A DNA stretch of 64,000 nt from Takakia lepidozioides (lineage: Eukaryota > Plantae > Bryophyta), in contig CM060732.1 of assembly GCA_030704615.1 (NCBI GenBank), positions 73,470,001 through 73,534,000 on the forward strand, read 5' to 3'. A program made the translations under genes and the position numbers. Shown in pieces: positions 42,595 to 55,400 of this stretch; the first letter of the stretch is position 1, and each line of letters opens with the position of its first letter. The notes under the pieces were generated by a model. The model saw only the letters and a list, made by a program, of their open reading frames with translations. It ran no database searches and was not told the DNA's origin.

Positions 42595-45077
42595 AATGCC
42601 GAGGCTAGATCCTGCATTGTTTTGAGGCCCTCCCCCATCTCCACCAGCCGAAGACTATGTTGAGGAGACAACTACCAAACAGGTAGCTATGAACAAGGAC
42701 TTCCCACTGACGGACATTAACCTTCCAAAGCTATACAAGAGAGTGGAAAAAATGGAGGAGCACGGTATTTTACTGTATTTTCCAGGCAAGAAGGTGAACA
42801 GAGCACACATCAGGGACTGGGCGACAAGATACCTGGGAGGTACATGAGAGATTAAGCAACAATTCTGCCACTCCAAAGGGCGGGGGTTCTACTCCATCGT
42901 ATTTGAAACAGAACAGGCAGCAGCTCAAGCACTCAGATTCAACCCCCATACAAAGGGATTTAATGTTAATATTTTCCCATGGAATTCCAACCTGGGCAAT
43001 AGGAATGGGAAACTCTGGGGACCAAGAATAGTTTCACTGCCATTTATCCCTGACCAATACCTTGTTAACCTGCCAGACATTGCCAAGCTTTTTTGGGTTC
43101 TATCTAGGCTGTTTAGCAGTATTTGACCCACAGATGGACACAGAATACTTGGGGCAAGATCCGCCGTGGAAATGAGTGACCATAACATCCAAGCTTTATG
43201 AGACAGGCTCTGCAAAAATGGTCCTTAGTATGCCAAATGAAGACATCCTCCCAGAATATGTCAGACTCCCTATAGACGACAACGGAAACTACTACACTAT
43301 TCGCCTCATTGAAGACTGCTCCTCATCAGCGTGCTTCAACTGTGGACAAATGGGGCATATTAAGGTTAATTGCCCTACAGGAAAGAGGAAACGCTCGCCC
43401 ATCATACGTCCTAGATCCACCAACTCTGTGTCTTCTCCACAAGGCAGCACTGCTTCTGTTCAGGACCACTTCAACAACAGAGCCCAGCTTCCAAGACAAC
43501 ATTCTCAAGTTCAGCAACCAGCTGCCACCCCTACTGATCACCTGCAGTTCATTCAAAAATATATATATTCAAAACCTCGTGGAAACGGCATGGATCCTAT
43601 GTATCTGGAAGCAGGCACAAGCACCTACAATCACACGAAGGGGCACAAGGACAAAGGCAAAACCAAAGTGCAGAATCGATCACCCCCTTCTGCCCCCAAA
43701 GGCCATCCTTCAACGATGGTGCAATCACCCAAAATTCTTACCGGAATCGCCAATAATCCGACCTTTGCAAAGATATGTCTTAAACAAACCTCATTTCCAA
43801 GGTTGGATTTAAAAGGTTGTTCGGCCCTGCAAACCTTTGGCGAGCCATCTGCAGTATGCATCACTCCAATCATCTTCAGGCAAGGGAACTCTCCATCAAT
43901 CCTCATCACCTCGGATGACTGGGAATGTGTTGAATCATTATGGATTACCACGGAAGATGTAAGACAGTTCATGAGAACTTGTCCTCCCAATGGATGCCCT
44001 GATTCTATGATCAAAAACAAAATCCAGGAGTTCTTCAGGGCCTACCAGCCACACTACCTTCTGACAGAAACCACCAAAATCTATTGGGGGGCATACCTGG
44101 AAGAGCATCCAGGGCTAAGCTGTAAGCCATCTACTCATGTGCTAGCTATGTTGGAGGAGGCGGACATCTATCATCTTGACCCTCCCATGGGTGATCTATG
44201 GGTTCATGAACTTGGTCTTGACACTCCATGCGGAGGTCACAAACTCCAAATCAGAAATCAGGATACCCTAATCAATGCATTCCAGATCCTAGGGGCAATA
44301 ATCGAAGCAGAGATTGACGATGACACACGTAGAATGGAACTTCAAAGAACGAGGGACCATCTGGCGGGTGTCCAACCACCATCATCGGGATCTTCCTCAG
44401 ATGAAAAACCTCTCGCAGACCTTCAGGCTCAACACATACAAGATGAAGCCCTGGCTGCCACGACGAGTGAGCTGCATATCTCCCCTCAACTCAGCAACAG
44501 CTTCAACAACACTATGCCTCAAGTAGGACACGATACCCCTCTCCGCGTCACTGAGTCAACAAACCCACAAATCCAGGTTCTCCCCTGCACCTCGCCATGC
44601 ATTTTATTCCAAATACTCTCTTCTGATCCTTGCAGATGTTGGTTATTATGTCTGAAAAAACCATCTGCTGCAAGAAAATCGGCTCGACAGACTCTCCCGT
44701 CCGTCATTGTTCCTCCAGATCTTCAAGCTGGTCCAGTCGTGTCGTTACCAGACTCTCCAGAACCACATCCTCTGCTCACCTCCATCCTCAAAAGTACCTT
44801 TTATCCGGAACAGGCTGCAATTATCTCCCTGTCAATTGACCCTGTTTCAAGTGACCAATTCTCTCATGTCAATACTCCCCTCACTCAAGAGGCCAAACAA
44901 AACCTGTCTGTGTTGTTTGTGGAAATTAAGAGGACAACCCGCAAAGCCCCAGCCAATTACTCCTGGGTCAAATCTCTCCATCCCAAAGATCGCCGTGTTA
45001 AGTTCTACTTTGATCCTCCAAGGCCATCAATTGGGGCTCCCAGCCCCAGCCTTCTCAACCTGACAGATGTTAATTGA
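42595..45077 (+). pseudogene. LINE ORF1 (gag-like, RRM/DUF4283-like region and CCHC zinc knuckle), with a stop and a frameshift
   Basis: GRGFYSIVFETE...VNIFPWN region (~42880-42990) and CFNCGQMGHIKVNC (~43332-43375). In-frame TGA at ~42846. Confidence 0.7.
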
Positions 45078-47549
45078 CCTTCATTCATGGAATATCAGAG
45101 GGATGGGAATGGACCCAGCTGCTCTCAAGAGAGTCAAGATTAAATCTTGGCTCAATCCATTCCTGCAGAAAGACTCAATAGTCTTTCTACAAGAACACAA
45201 ATTGAACCAACCAAAAATAAATCTACTTACGGATCACCTGTGGCCAAGGGCCAATGCCCTTTGGAAAACAACCTCTCAGGGCAGCCGAGGTGGCACCTCC
45301 ATCCTTCTCTCGCCCTCTCTGCAACCTTTGCTCGTAGCTGAAGAATCGTGGATCCCTGGACGTCTCCAATTTTGTGCCCTAAAGCTCCCAAACAACACAG
45401 GCACGTTGGGTCTGGTTAACATTTATGTGCCAGACTCGTGTTCTTTCCACCATTCCAAAGGAGCCATGCACTCACCCTCAATTATCTTTGTCCTTCTGAA
45501 ATGTGATAGTTGTTCTCTCACTACTGTCAATGTCATGTCTTCATTGTGGTCATGCACACCAAATTCTGACAGGAGCCAATTTTGGTCCAGACAAAATGAC
45601 GGCTCAGCCCAACATTGACAGTTGGATCATCATGAGGGACTTTAGCATGGTAGAATCTCCACAGGATAGAAGAGGTGAGATTGGGCCTAATTCAAACATA
45701 GAGGACGTGGATCACTGGCTGCAATGCACCCAAATCCACAACCTGGTGGAGGCAGCCCCTCTTTCGCATGTGGACACTGACCTCTCTTTCACTTGGACAA
45801 TCAACAGAGCCCTGGAACACTTGCAGATGGCCCGATTGGACAGAGCCTATATCTCGTTTAACTTGGTTCAATGGACCAAATGACAACAACAAGAACCAAT
45901 ACCCCAGGGATTTGATCATGCTCCAATTTTGGCTGTCATTCGCATCCCAGATACTCAGCAAAGAGGGAGAGGGTTGTTCAAACTAAACAACCTCATGCTC
46001 AAATTACCTGAATTCAAAAAAGGTCTCCTCCTCGCCTGGCAACAAGCATGGAATGCATCTCAGAACCCAGCGGAACGCTTCCTGGATAAAATCAAAGCGG
46101 TGAACATACAAAGCCAGAGGATGAGCCAAACCCTAGCAGCCATAAGAAAACGCAAAGTGTATGCTCTCACAAAATGCCTTAAAGTCTGCCAACTAAGGCT
46201 AGAGTCACCTCGTTGTGATGAGCAAACCTACCTCACATACCTGGAAGCAAGGAAAAACCTGGAAGTACACCACAATTTGAACGAAAAAAAACTCAAGTTA
46301 CAAGCAGGGGTGAACTGGTCCACCAAGGGAGAGAAAATGAGCAAATATTTCTTTGAAAAAACCAAGCTTTGCAGGGCGGTCCAGAACATCACGGAACTGA
46401 CCGATCAAGTTTTAGGGAATCTGGTTTCACACCCCCAAGGAACTAGCTAAATTGGCAGCCACACACTTTGGGAATCTATACCATAGCACTCACATCAGCC
46501 TGGAGCCTTCCCAGCTGCAGAAGGACTGCCTGGCCCACACTCCCTCCATCCTAACTAGGCATAAGGCGCAGACATTGGAGGGTGAATTCACAGACTATGA
46601 ACTGGAAGAAGCGCTTCTCAAGCTTAAAAACAATAAAGCCCCAGGCATGGACGACATCACTGCAGAGTTCAACAAAAAGCTTTGGCCGGAGATTTCGGGT
46701 GACTTCACCCTTATGGCTAACTACTTGTTTCATTGTCAGGCAATGCCACCTGCAATGTCCCAAGGAGTCATTACATTGTTGTATAAGAAGGGAGATAGGA
46801 CAAACCTCTCTAACTATAGACCTATCACATTGCTGAATGTGGCATACAAGATCATTGCTAAAGCTCTCGCCCTTCGCTTGCAGCCCCTGTTGCCCTCCCT
46901 TATCAGACCGAATCAAACGGGATTTATCAAAGGCAGATACATAATGGATAATTTACTGTTGGCCCAAGAGATCCCTCAATATGCAAAGCAAATGAAACAA
47001 GCTATTGCACTAGTGCTCTTGGACTTTGAAAAGGCATTCGACAGGGTCGAATGGTCTTTTCTTCTTGCAGCACTGGCCAAAATAGGCTTCCCGCAATTAT
47101 TTTGTCAGTGGGTCAGGATCCTTCTATCCACTTCCACCAGCAGGGTCATTATCAATGGGGCTTTATCCAAACCCTTCTCCCTCCTTTGATCGGTTCGTCA
47201 AGGCTGCCCACTATCCCCATTCTTATTTCTAGTGGTGGCAGACAGCCTTGGTTACACTCTTCAACATAATGCACATCTGACTGGACTGAGAGTCAATAAC
47301 TACATCACTCAGCAGCCTACTCAGGTTCTTGATTCAATGTTTGTCGATGATACCTTTCTCATTCTTTAGGCAGAAACTCAGAACCTTGACAAAGCAGCGG
47401 AATGCCTGCAACTATTTTGTTCAGCGTCTGGATTCAAGGTGAATTGGAACAAAACTTGTGCTCTTATAGTAGGGGACCTCTCAAACAACAACCTGGGTAT
47501 CGCTCCTACATGGGGGGTCAATCTAGGCCTCAAATGGTTGCAACCAGGC
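45067..47549 (+). pseudogene. LINE ORF2, 5' part (AP endonuclease + reverse transcriptase), disrupted
   Basis: SWNIRG, VFLQEHKL, ARLDRAY, KAPGMDDI, NYRPITLLN, QTGFIKGR, LDFEKAFDRVEW, SVRQGCPLSP and FVDDT, with multiple stops and frameshifts. Ends at ...KWLQPG at the MULE junction. Confidence 0.88.
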
Positions 47550-47969
47550 CAGCGTAGCTACGGCGTGAGCCCAGCCCCGTGAGCCTGGGAGCTGAGCTCA
47601 CGTTCAAGCTTTGAAGCGTGAGCTGAGCTCACGCTTCAGGGAAGCGTGAGCGGCATGAATCTGCTGGAGAAGCAGGTCCTATAGGCGAGGATTGCAGGAA
47701 GAGGGCCTATTACCGTGGACAAAACAAAGGAGGCCACCATGCACCATGTCTGCAATGCGTGCCAAAAAAGAGGAATATGTAAATATGGCAGATTTGAGCT
47801 CAGAATGATTGACACAGTTTATTTCAATTCACAGAGAGACGCTTACAATGAATCGCAAGTGCATTTGCCCTGGTTCCGTGAACGAAATGTATATGTTTGT
47901 CATAAAATGAAAAGTCTTCACACGGCAACCTGGAAACCAGCATGGAAAGCGGGCATGGCTCGTATGTGT

Positions 47970-50900
47970 TCAAAGAGAAGTTGGCGGAGCTCTACGCGAG
48001 GTGTCCCGCTGCAGAAGGGTGATGACTTCTCCGTAGCCTAGTGTGGCTTGGTGAATGAATTGGTCTCTCTTACCGTCGCAACACATAATTACAAGGTATA
48101 TGTAATATTGATGCTTGCAGGGGACCCACTTCCCTCTCATGCCGAGAGCGCCCTCACGCATTGTTACAAAATCCGGACAAGTGCACGATGGGAAATTCCC
48201 GATGGTAACCTGATATTCTTTGGCATGAAGAACTGAGCCAATTGACAGCACTGTGTAAATCCGTCCATACCCCGGGGAAGGGACTTCGGTGATACGAGTC
48301 ACCCTAGCCTGCAAAATTCTAGCCGATTCCATCTTGCATTCGTGATCTGCACCCGAAGCAACACGGCGCACTGTTTTTCCATCTCTTTTTGTTGGGTGGG
48401 AGTCGGCACCGGGTGGAGGCATTGTCGGAGCATGTGGCACATCTGTGCCGACAGTGCATAAGGGCACCACCCGGGACCGTGCAAGACAAAACCCTCCCTC
48501 CTCCAGCATGCTTATCTCGGTTGAGGACAGCGATGTCCCAATTTTCACAGGCCAAATTGCGGGGGGAGGGGGCTTCATTATCACGGAAGGACGAACTGTT
48601 CCCTTCACGCATCGTGCCATATCGTCTGGGCAGAACCAAAACTTGTGCTCTTTTGACTCCCCACTATGGTAAGGTCGGAACAACCCTGTGAATGTTGGAG
48701 CTGGAGTCCCCCTGGAGCCTTTGCATATTTTTGATTTGCATTTCTTGAATGAGGGGGTCCGAATTGCCATGCAAGCCACTCTAGATCCCGGTGGGGTGCG
48801 TTCTATATGCCAGTCACTATCAATGCAATCAGATTCCTGCACCATGGCCACCACCTCCTCCAATGGGATTTCCGCTGCTATGCTTGCATGTTCTGCACCT
48901 GCTCCACAGGAGGAGGACCCACCTGGGAAGGGGCCGGCACAGGACTTAGTCTGCACTGGAGACACCTTTGGCACAGAGAAATTGACCCTGTCTGGCCTAT
49001 GGGAATCTCCATCTGACCCTGGAAGAGTGTTTAATTTCCTTTTGCATGATCCAAATCTTTCCTCGCCTTCCAAATGGGGGAGCCTGGATTGCAGAGGGGA
49101 GCCTTCAGTGCACCTGTTTAGAGCTCTGGCCATCTTTGACGGGTCTCCGGACCTACTCGCAGCCCTTAGCATCAACAAAGTCGTATCGGGGCCCTTCCCT
49201 CCACCCCGTCCCATCAGAAAATTGCGGTACCTGGTTTGTTGTGTAAGTGCCCGCACCATGTCATCAGCAGTGGCCACATACAAGTCACGACCTGCTTTGG
49301 TAGACTGTTGCATCCAGGCGTTGTGAACAGTCTCTGCCAAATTACACGATGGCATGTCGGCCAAGTCCTCCAAGGACATGTCCTGCAGGAGGCATTGCAT
49401 GGAAATGTGAGGAAGGAAAAGAAATGGTAGAGGTTCTTCAAGTGACAATCGAACAACCCCAAATGAACAGGCACGATGCAAAGTGCAATTTGTGTTTAAG
49501 GAAAACTTGTGAGGCTTACCGTCGTCATGAAAGCTCCCCACTGTCTGTACCTGAAGTGCCAGAAAACCAACCAGTCCTCCAACTCCTTCAGGTGGATACC
49601 TGTAGCAGCACCAGAGGAGAACCACCAAGCCCGGATTGCCTGGTAAGTGCTCTCAGCTTCTCCCATTGAGGTGGCATTCTTGTACTTCAGACAGAGCCTT
49701 CTATGCTCCAACTGAAGGTCAGGGCGAATGCAGCGCTTTGTATGACGTGCCAGAGATTGACTCCAATGGAAGAGGCATGTGCGCTCCATATTTTCCATTG
49801 GGACCCTAGGATCCCCCGAACCAAACACGCGCCGCACTGCATTGAAATTTGCCTGTGCACTATCAGCCATGAAGCCCGCAAAATTTGTGTTCTGTATTCC
49901 ATTGCGCTGCATGACGGCCAGGAGGGAATTCCACATGAGCATCTGGGATTCAGTGTCCTCCGACTGCATATCACAAATTGCTATGGAGAGCACACGCTGG
50001 TACGCTGGATCATACACATGGCACGCCATGGTTGTCCAACCCTTCACCCGTTTGCAGTGATCAAACATTAACCAACATTTAGCCAAATCTCCTCCAGGTT
50101 GCATTCGGCGGACAATGCTCACACCACTGCCTTGGCCCACAGCGGACATCTTGAACAAATACACTTTGGACGAGCCCTGGCCAGGGAACATACTGTTTTG
50201 AATGAATTCATAGCGACTCCTCCGTTTGAGGTCCATAATGTTGTCCATGAATCCAGCAGTGCCTGTGCCCATTCTGAGTGCATTCACCTGGTTTCGAATA
50301 TTGGGAGAGCTCAACACGGAGAAATGGTCCATGACTGCCTCAAGGGAATCTGCATCCAGCATTGGCTGTGTCGCATCCCCTTCACCCAGTATGTGTTTTT
50401 CCAGGAATGCCTTGCTAGCTGCAAGCGCTATAGCAGAAGGTGTTGCACAAGGGGCATTGTGGAACTCTTGCTTCAGTAGATTTCTAGCGATGTCCACGCT
50501 ATCCCTGCAACTCCCTTTGGACACAGGATGCTCGTGTGCACCCATATGAATGCAGGCACGAGTCATTGTCTTGCATCGATGTGCCACCTGATACATACGA
50601 GCGTGGCAAACAGAAACACAGGACGGGGAAAGTTTGCAGAACCTGCACACAAAAGTATTGGTCTTGGGAGGTGCAAGCCCTAGGGTGAAAGGATTCAGGG
50701 GCACACCTTCCCACTCACTTTCGTTTGGCTGAGCGCTGTTTCTCAGCCGAGGGCAAGAAATATTCAGGCACTTGCAATGCCCAACGCAAACCGACCTCCG
50801 AAATTTCAAGCCAATGTCGTTATGGATGTTCGACGTTTTTGTCCTGCACCAAGGATGTCCGTCATGTTTCTTGTCCATGCCCTGCAGAAGCCCAGCCAGT

Positions 50901-51550
50901 CCACTGGAAGACGTGGGAGGGTTGAGCTCAAACAAGATGTCCCCATCAAACTGAGCTGGCACGTATTGAACCCGTTGCACTGGAAGGGACTCCCAATCAA
51001 CAAAACGTAGCTCGCTCTTGCACCCAGGCACACCTGCGAGGGCTTTCAATTTTGGAATGACACTTGTTATCTCTTGCAATTCGTCATCATGCAATAAGGG
51101 AGTTTGCACTGGCAGAGGAATCTCAGAAACATCCTCCGAGGACGAGTCCGAAAGAGTCACGAAGGTAGTGGATGTGCTCACCTCTTGTTTCACAGGAACT
51201 GTGCCCTTCTGTTGCACGACCGATGCTGCAGTGCCAGGGGTAACGACTGATCCTGCTGATTGTCTTCTCTCTTTTCCAAGGACACGGTATGTTCCTGGAA
51301 GGACTCTCCACTTCCTTCCACACTCGCCAACCAAGGGTTTCTCCAAGTGCCCAGAATCCAAATTCCCATCATCGTCATACACCTCTTTCTGAACAAGCAG
51401 AGAACCCAACTCCAGCGGGAACACTGTAACCAGCTCATCCTCATGAACAACTGCATACCCATCGTCGTCTGCAGTGGCAGTCAGTGGAAGAGTACCTGCA
51501 TTGGAATGGAATCGAGCGAGTGCATCTCGCTCCCTCGACATGTTTTCCAT
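47970..51550 (-). CDS. MULE transposase with GCM-like zinc-finger DNA-binding domain, DDE core and C-terminal SWIM; at least 2 exons (51550-49520, 49382-47970); start uncertain
   Basis: GCM-like WCRTKTSNIHN...VCVGHCKC...CRFC...HMGAHEHP (50851-50525). Catalytic LMFD (~50060), FMAD (~49862), CLFH (~49770) and NLAE (~49332). SWIM CTCPDF...CKH (~48187-48110). A phase-0 GT-AG intron (49519-49383) joins the two long ORFs with no stops. Confidence 0.85.
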
Positions 51551-52483
51551 CACTGAACGAAACTGGCGATTCAGAACGGAATCCCCGAACTGAGAGCCCG
51601 TAATTATAGAAAGTGGAAATACCACCAGCAAACTGAGGTCAACAAGGGTAGCACCAAACCAAAGGCTGCCGGCGATGCATGCCAAGGATGTAGGGATGAC
51701 GTGCACCTTCACCTCCCACCAACCAGAAAAACCGTTTTGAAAGACCAGAGCCACAAGAAGCCGTGCTGTTTTTGGATGGAAAACAAACCCTGAAAATGAC
51801 ATGAAACCATCCATTATGAAATGACGGCAACAACCCTGGAGAGCAGTAAACAGGAAGATCCGATTGTAATGAGATTGTGTTGCGCCGGAATAGCACAGAA
51901 CAAACACTGACACTCCAAGAGATACCTCGCACGAATGTGTGCAACACATGGTCATATCCGACAAAATCCTTTATACCGAATGACCCCATGGGGACGGTCA
52001 CGGCATAAAAAAAACCACAGGGCATGCAGTACAACACACGTGGATGCATATGTGAAGCATAACAATTATTGCGAATCTGGAAGAACTGCTCGGAATTGAA
52101 AAACACTACATTTCTACGGCACATTCGAATTTGAAAGAAGGCAAGGAGGCCGCCATGTATTGGCAGGCGGCGAAGTACATCTGACATATATCGCAAATGC
52201 ATGCAACGGATGTTCTTTTTCTTCGGCGCTTTATTAGCTGGGTAATACAAAAACGCCAAAATGGATGAATTCCGTTCGCACACAATATCAACACCCGCAT
52301 CCAAAATCCGGTTGACAACGTCCATTTTTATTTTTGTTACATGCGATACCAGGACTTGTTGCAAACGTCAAACTGGAGAGCTCCAGGGGCATCGTGGGGA
52401 GCCCTTGTTTCCAGCGGAGGAGAAAGAGAAGGAAGTCATTATACTTCACGAGTTCTAGAAACAGGAATAGAGCTAGATATAGA

Positions 52484-55400
52484 ATGAGGATGGAAAGAGT
52501 GGAGGAAGAGGAAAAGGAGGAAGAAGAGGGAATACAAGAAAGTGTGGCGATGGAGAAGCAGGAATCTGGAGAAGAACAACAACCCAACATAGTTTCAGGA
52601 ACATGCGAGGAGGACACTACGTCTGAGGGAGAGACAGGCGACATGGAGGAAGATGTTGACACTGGCCTCACGAAGAATCTGACCACGGGAAAGAGGAAGG
52701 GGGAGAGGCTCACCTACATAGTCGACGAAGAGAGCAGCTCGAAGCGGAAAGGGTCCCCGGCAACTGGGGAGTCTTCTCGAGTACCTACGAAAAAGGTAAA
52801 ATCTACAGGACCCACATTTGTGAAGAATTCGGCTTTCAATGGCAGGTATTTGAGAAAGAAAGAACCATTCAGTGGCAGCTCAAACAGTGTGCGTTGCCGC
52901 ACACTGTTTGAGCTGCACAAGTCACTGTTTAAGGGTGCAAAATTCTTCCTTCAACGACACCTTTCTAAGGATGAAATGAACCCCGCACTTCCAGCTCACA
53001 AGTTTGAGCAGATCTTCTCAATGTTTTAGGGTGCAAAATTTGGCCTTGGAGTCAGTTATCTGCGGGTGAAATGAACCCTTCACTGCCAGCCCAAACAGTG
53101 TGCGGCAACGCACACTGTTTGAGCTGAACATTTCAATGTTTTAGGGTGCGAAATTTGGACTTCAGGGGCACCTTTCTGAGGATGGAATGAACCCTGCACT
53201 TCCAACTCAAACAGTGTACGGCAACGCACACTGTTTGAGCTGAACATTTCAATGTTTTAGGGTGCAAAATTTGGACTGCAGGGGCACATATGTGAGGATG
53301 AAATGAACCCTTCACTGTCAGCCCAAACAGTGTGCGGCAACGCACACTGTTTGAGCTGAACATTTCAATGTTTTAGGGTGCAAAATTTGGTCTTGCTGTC
53401 TGTTATCTGAGGTTGAAATGAACCCTTCACAACCAGCTCAAACAGTGTGCGGCAACGCACACTGTTTGAGCAGATCTTTTCAATGTTTTAGGGTGCAAAA
53501 TTTGGTCTTGCTGTCTGTTATCTGAGGGTGAAATGAACCCTTCACTGCCAGCTCAGACAGTGTGCGGCAACGCACACTGTTTGAGCTGAACATTTCAATG
53601 TTTCAGGGTGCAAAATTTGGACTTCAGGGGCACCTATAATAGGATGAAATGAACCCTTCACTGTCAGCCCAAGCAGTGTGCGGCAACGCACACTGTTTGA
53701 GCTGAACATTTCAATGTTTCTGGGTGCAAAATTTGGACTTCAGGGGCACCTATGTGAGGATGAAATGAACCCTTCACTGTCAGCCCAAACAGTGTGCGGC
53801 AACGCACACTGTTTGAGCTGAACATTTCAATGCTTTAGGGTGCAAAATTTGGTCTTGCTGTCTATTATCTGAGGGTGAAATGAACCATTCACTGCCAGCT
53901 CAGACAGTGTGCGGCAACGCACACTATTTGAGCTGAACATTTCAATGTTTCAGGGTGCAAAATTTGGACTTCAGGGGCACCTATAATAGGATGAAATGAA
54001 CCCTTCACTGTCAGCCCAAGCAGTGTGCGGCAACGCACACTGTTTGAGCTGAACATTTCAATGTTTCAGGGTGCAAAATTTGGACTTCAGGGGCACCTAT
54101 CTTAGGGTGAAATGAACCCTTCACTGCCAGCTCAGACAGTGTGCGGCAACGCACACTGTTAGAGCTGAACATTTCAATGTTTCAGGGTGCAAAATTTGGA
54201 CTTCAGGGGCACCTATAATAGGATGAAATGAACCCTTCACTGTCAGCCCAAAAAGTGTGCGGCAACGCACACTGTTTGAGCTGAACATTTCAATGTTTCA
54301 AGGTGCAAAATTTGGACTTCAGGGGCACCTATGTGAGGATGAAATGAACCCTTCACTGTCAGCCAAAACAGTGTGCGGCAATGCACACTGTTTGAGCTGA
54401 ACATTTCAATGTTTTAGGGTGCAAAATTTGGTCTTGTTGTCTGTTATCTGAGGGTGAAATGAACCCTTCACTGCCAGCTCAGACAGTGTGCGGCAACGCA
54501 CACTGTTTGAGCTGAACATTTCAATGTTTCAGGGTGCAAAATTTGGACTTTAGGGGCACCTATAATAGGATGAAATGAACCCTTCACTGTCAGCCCAAGC
54601 AGTGTGCGGCAACGCACACTGTTTGAGCTGAACATTTCAATGTTTCTGGGTGCAAAATTTGGACTTCAGGGGCACCTATGTGAGGATGAAATGAACCCTT
54701 CACTGTCAGCCCAAACAGTGTGCGGCAACGCACACTGTTTGAGCTGAACATTTCAATGTTTTAGGGTGCAAAATTTGGTCTTGCTGTCTGTTATCTGAGG
54801 GTGAAATGAACCATTCACTGCCAGCTCAGACAGTGTGCGGCAATGCACACTGTTTGAGCTGAACATTTCAATGTTTCAGGGTGCAAAATTTGGACTTCAG
54901 GGGCACCTATAATAGGATGAAATGAACCCTTCACTGTCAGCCCAAGCAGTGTGCGGCAACGCACACTGTTTGAGCTGAACATTTCAATGTTTCAGGGTGC
55001 AAAATTTGGACTTCAGGGGCACCTATCTTAGGGTGAAATGAACCCTTCACTGCCAGCTCAGACAGTGTGCGGCAACGCACACTGTTAGAGCTGAACATTT
55101 CAATGTTTCAGGGTGCAAAATTTGGACTTCAGGGGCACCTATAATAGGATGAAATGAACCCTTCACTGTCAGCCCAAAAAGTGTGCGGCAACGCACACTG
55201 TTTGAGCTGAACATTTCAATGTTGCAGGGTGCAAAATTTGGACTTCAGGGGCACCTATGTGAGGATGAAATGAACCCTTCACTGTGAGCCAAAACAGTGT
55301 GCGGCAACGCACACTGTTTGAGCTGAACATTTCAATGTTTCTGGGTGCAAAATTTGGACTTCAGGGGCACCTGTTTGAGGATGAAATGAACCCTTCACTG

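Noticed and set aside
48048-51556. Numerous + strand ORFs overlapping the transposase
   Set aside because: Antisense shadows of a long coding region.
51551-51964. N-terminal 138 aa of the 822-aa ORF as part of the transposase
   Set aside because: Hydrophobic, T-rich, intron/UTR-like sequence containing acceptor-like sites. The real start is more likely near 51550 or in an upstream exon.
52796-53363. ORF read-through into the array (tail of 52334-53029; 53133-53363; also 55666-55857)
   Set aside because: These are translations of the repeat; a good donor (AAG|GTAAA) sits at 52795.
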